Shown piece after piece: positions 62,649-64,000 of a stretch of 64,000 nt of DNA. The first letter of the stretch is position 1. Each line of letters begins with the position of its first letter. Both the position numbers and the translations under genes were made by a program. Source of the stretch: the human T2T-CHM13v2.0 reference genome, Homo sapiens; the NCBI RefSeq assembly GCF_009914755.1, contig NC_060932.1, one strand, 5' to 3'. Under the pieces are notes generated by a model that saw only the letters and a program-made list of their open reading frames with translations, was not told where the DNA came from and searched no databases.

Positions 62649-62819
62649 TTAGTACTCATCAAGAGTATCTGCTCGAGGAATGGAAAGACCTCGGTCCTTC
62701 AGGGCCTGCACTTTCAACTTCTCTGCTTCCAGCTTGGTCTGCTGTTCCACCCTTTGTTCTTCTAGAATTTCTTCAATGGATACTTGCTGGAGGGGTGTGT
62801 CACTCTCCTTTTCCAAGTC
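62649..62819 (-). CDS. LSM1: LSM1 last coding exon (Lsm1-7 mRNA decapping activator subunit); upstream exons lie beyond the window
   Basis: ttttgtag|DLEKESDTPLQQVSIEEILEEQRVEQQTKLEAEKLKVQALKDRGLSIPRADTLDEY-TAA, the LSM1 C-terminus; not in the ORF track because it has no ATG. Confidence 0.95.
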   Translation of the reverse strand, partial: DLEKESDTPLQQVSIEEILEEQRVEQQTKLEAEKLKVQALKDRGLSIPRADTLDEY

Positions 62820-62940
62820 CTACAAAAGAGACAGGTTTGAAAACTTCACCTGAAGACCAAGAATAGAAAGCACAGATCTCAAGGCAAATGGATTCCTCTA
62901 TCAGGCTCAGATTATTTTTCATAACTGTGACAGGAACTGA

Positions 62941-63267
<327 letters not shown>

Positions 63268-64000
63268 TGATCTGCCTGCCTTGGCCTCTCAAAGTGCTGG
63301 GATTATAGGCAGTAATAAGTATTTGTATAACAGAGCTTTATGTGATCCAAAATCCCATATTAGTCAGGATTAATTTTCTATTAGTCCACGATTAATTTCC
63401 TTAAAAAAAAAAATTAGGGCTGCTTATAGACAGCTATCTCCCCCACTGCAGAGAATCCAAGAGGGAGGTTATTGAGGCAATGTGGCCTTAGACTTTTTTT
63501 TTTTTTTAATTATTTTAAGGACGGGTGGAGTGGCTCACAGTCGTAATCCCAGCACTTTGGGAGGCTGAGGTGGGAGGATCACTTGGGCCTAGGAGTTCGA
63601 GACCAGCCTGGGCAACACAGTGAGACCCTAACTAACTCCACCAAAAAACAAAACAAAAAAAAGCTGGTGTGGTGGTGTTCACCTACAGTTCCAGCTACTC
63701 AGGAGGCTGAGGTGGAAGGACTGCTTGAGCCTGGGAGGTTGAAGTTCAAGGCTGCAGTGAGCCATGAATGTGTCACTGCACTCCAGCCTCTGCAACAGCA
63801 AGACCGTCTCAAAAAAAGTAAAAAGACAAAAATAAAAAGGGATCCTCTTGCCTTTACCTCCTACGTAGCTGGGGCTACAGGTGTGCGCCACCGTACCAGC
63901 TCTGTAGTCTAGATCTAAACTGTAACAAGACTCTTTTTCCCTTTACGGCAACAAGTCTTCTAGGGAGAACCTCGGCAGACCATTTAGGTTACTAAACCAA

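Noticed and set aside
62561-62866. 101-aa plus-strand ORF
   Set aside because: Antisense shadow of the LSM1 last exon

Overview
Primate DNA, almost certainly human, very rich in Alu elements. The gene order ASH2L(+), STAR(-), LSM1(-) matches the human 8p11.23 region. I reconstructed the complete ASH2L CDS by hand (16 coding exons, 4519..38061, 1887 nt, 628 aa, all introns GT-AG with consistent phases) and the complete STAR CDS (7 exons, 49822..43278, 858 nt, 285 aa). The last coding exon and 3'UTR of LSM1 are also present (62819..62649; the gene continues past the right edge). Other features: a CpG-island promoter for ASH2L, the SF-1/C-EBP/GATA promoter of STAR, a U6 retropseudogene, a 5'-truncated SVA with a 15-bp TSD, two solo LTRs with TSDs, dozens of Alus (several nested), L1/L2/MIR remnants and microsatellites. 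Most ORFs in the supplied track are Alu or simple-repeat artefacts. I see no convincing new multi-gene system. The best leads are regulatory or isoform-level: a frame-preserving 18-nt microexon candidate in ASH2L intron 8, a stop-free last intron of ASH2L whose retention would remove the DPY30-binding tail, a sense SVA with a disabled poly(A) signal, AU-rich elements in a long STAR 3'UTR, a TCTCGCGAGA motif next to the distal SF-1 site of STAR, and intragenic SF-1 sites. Repeat boundaries and subfamily names are by eye and approximate.
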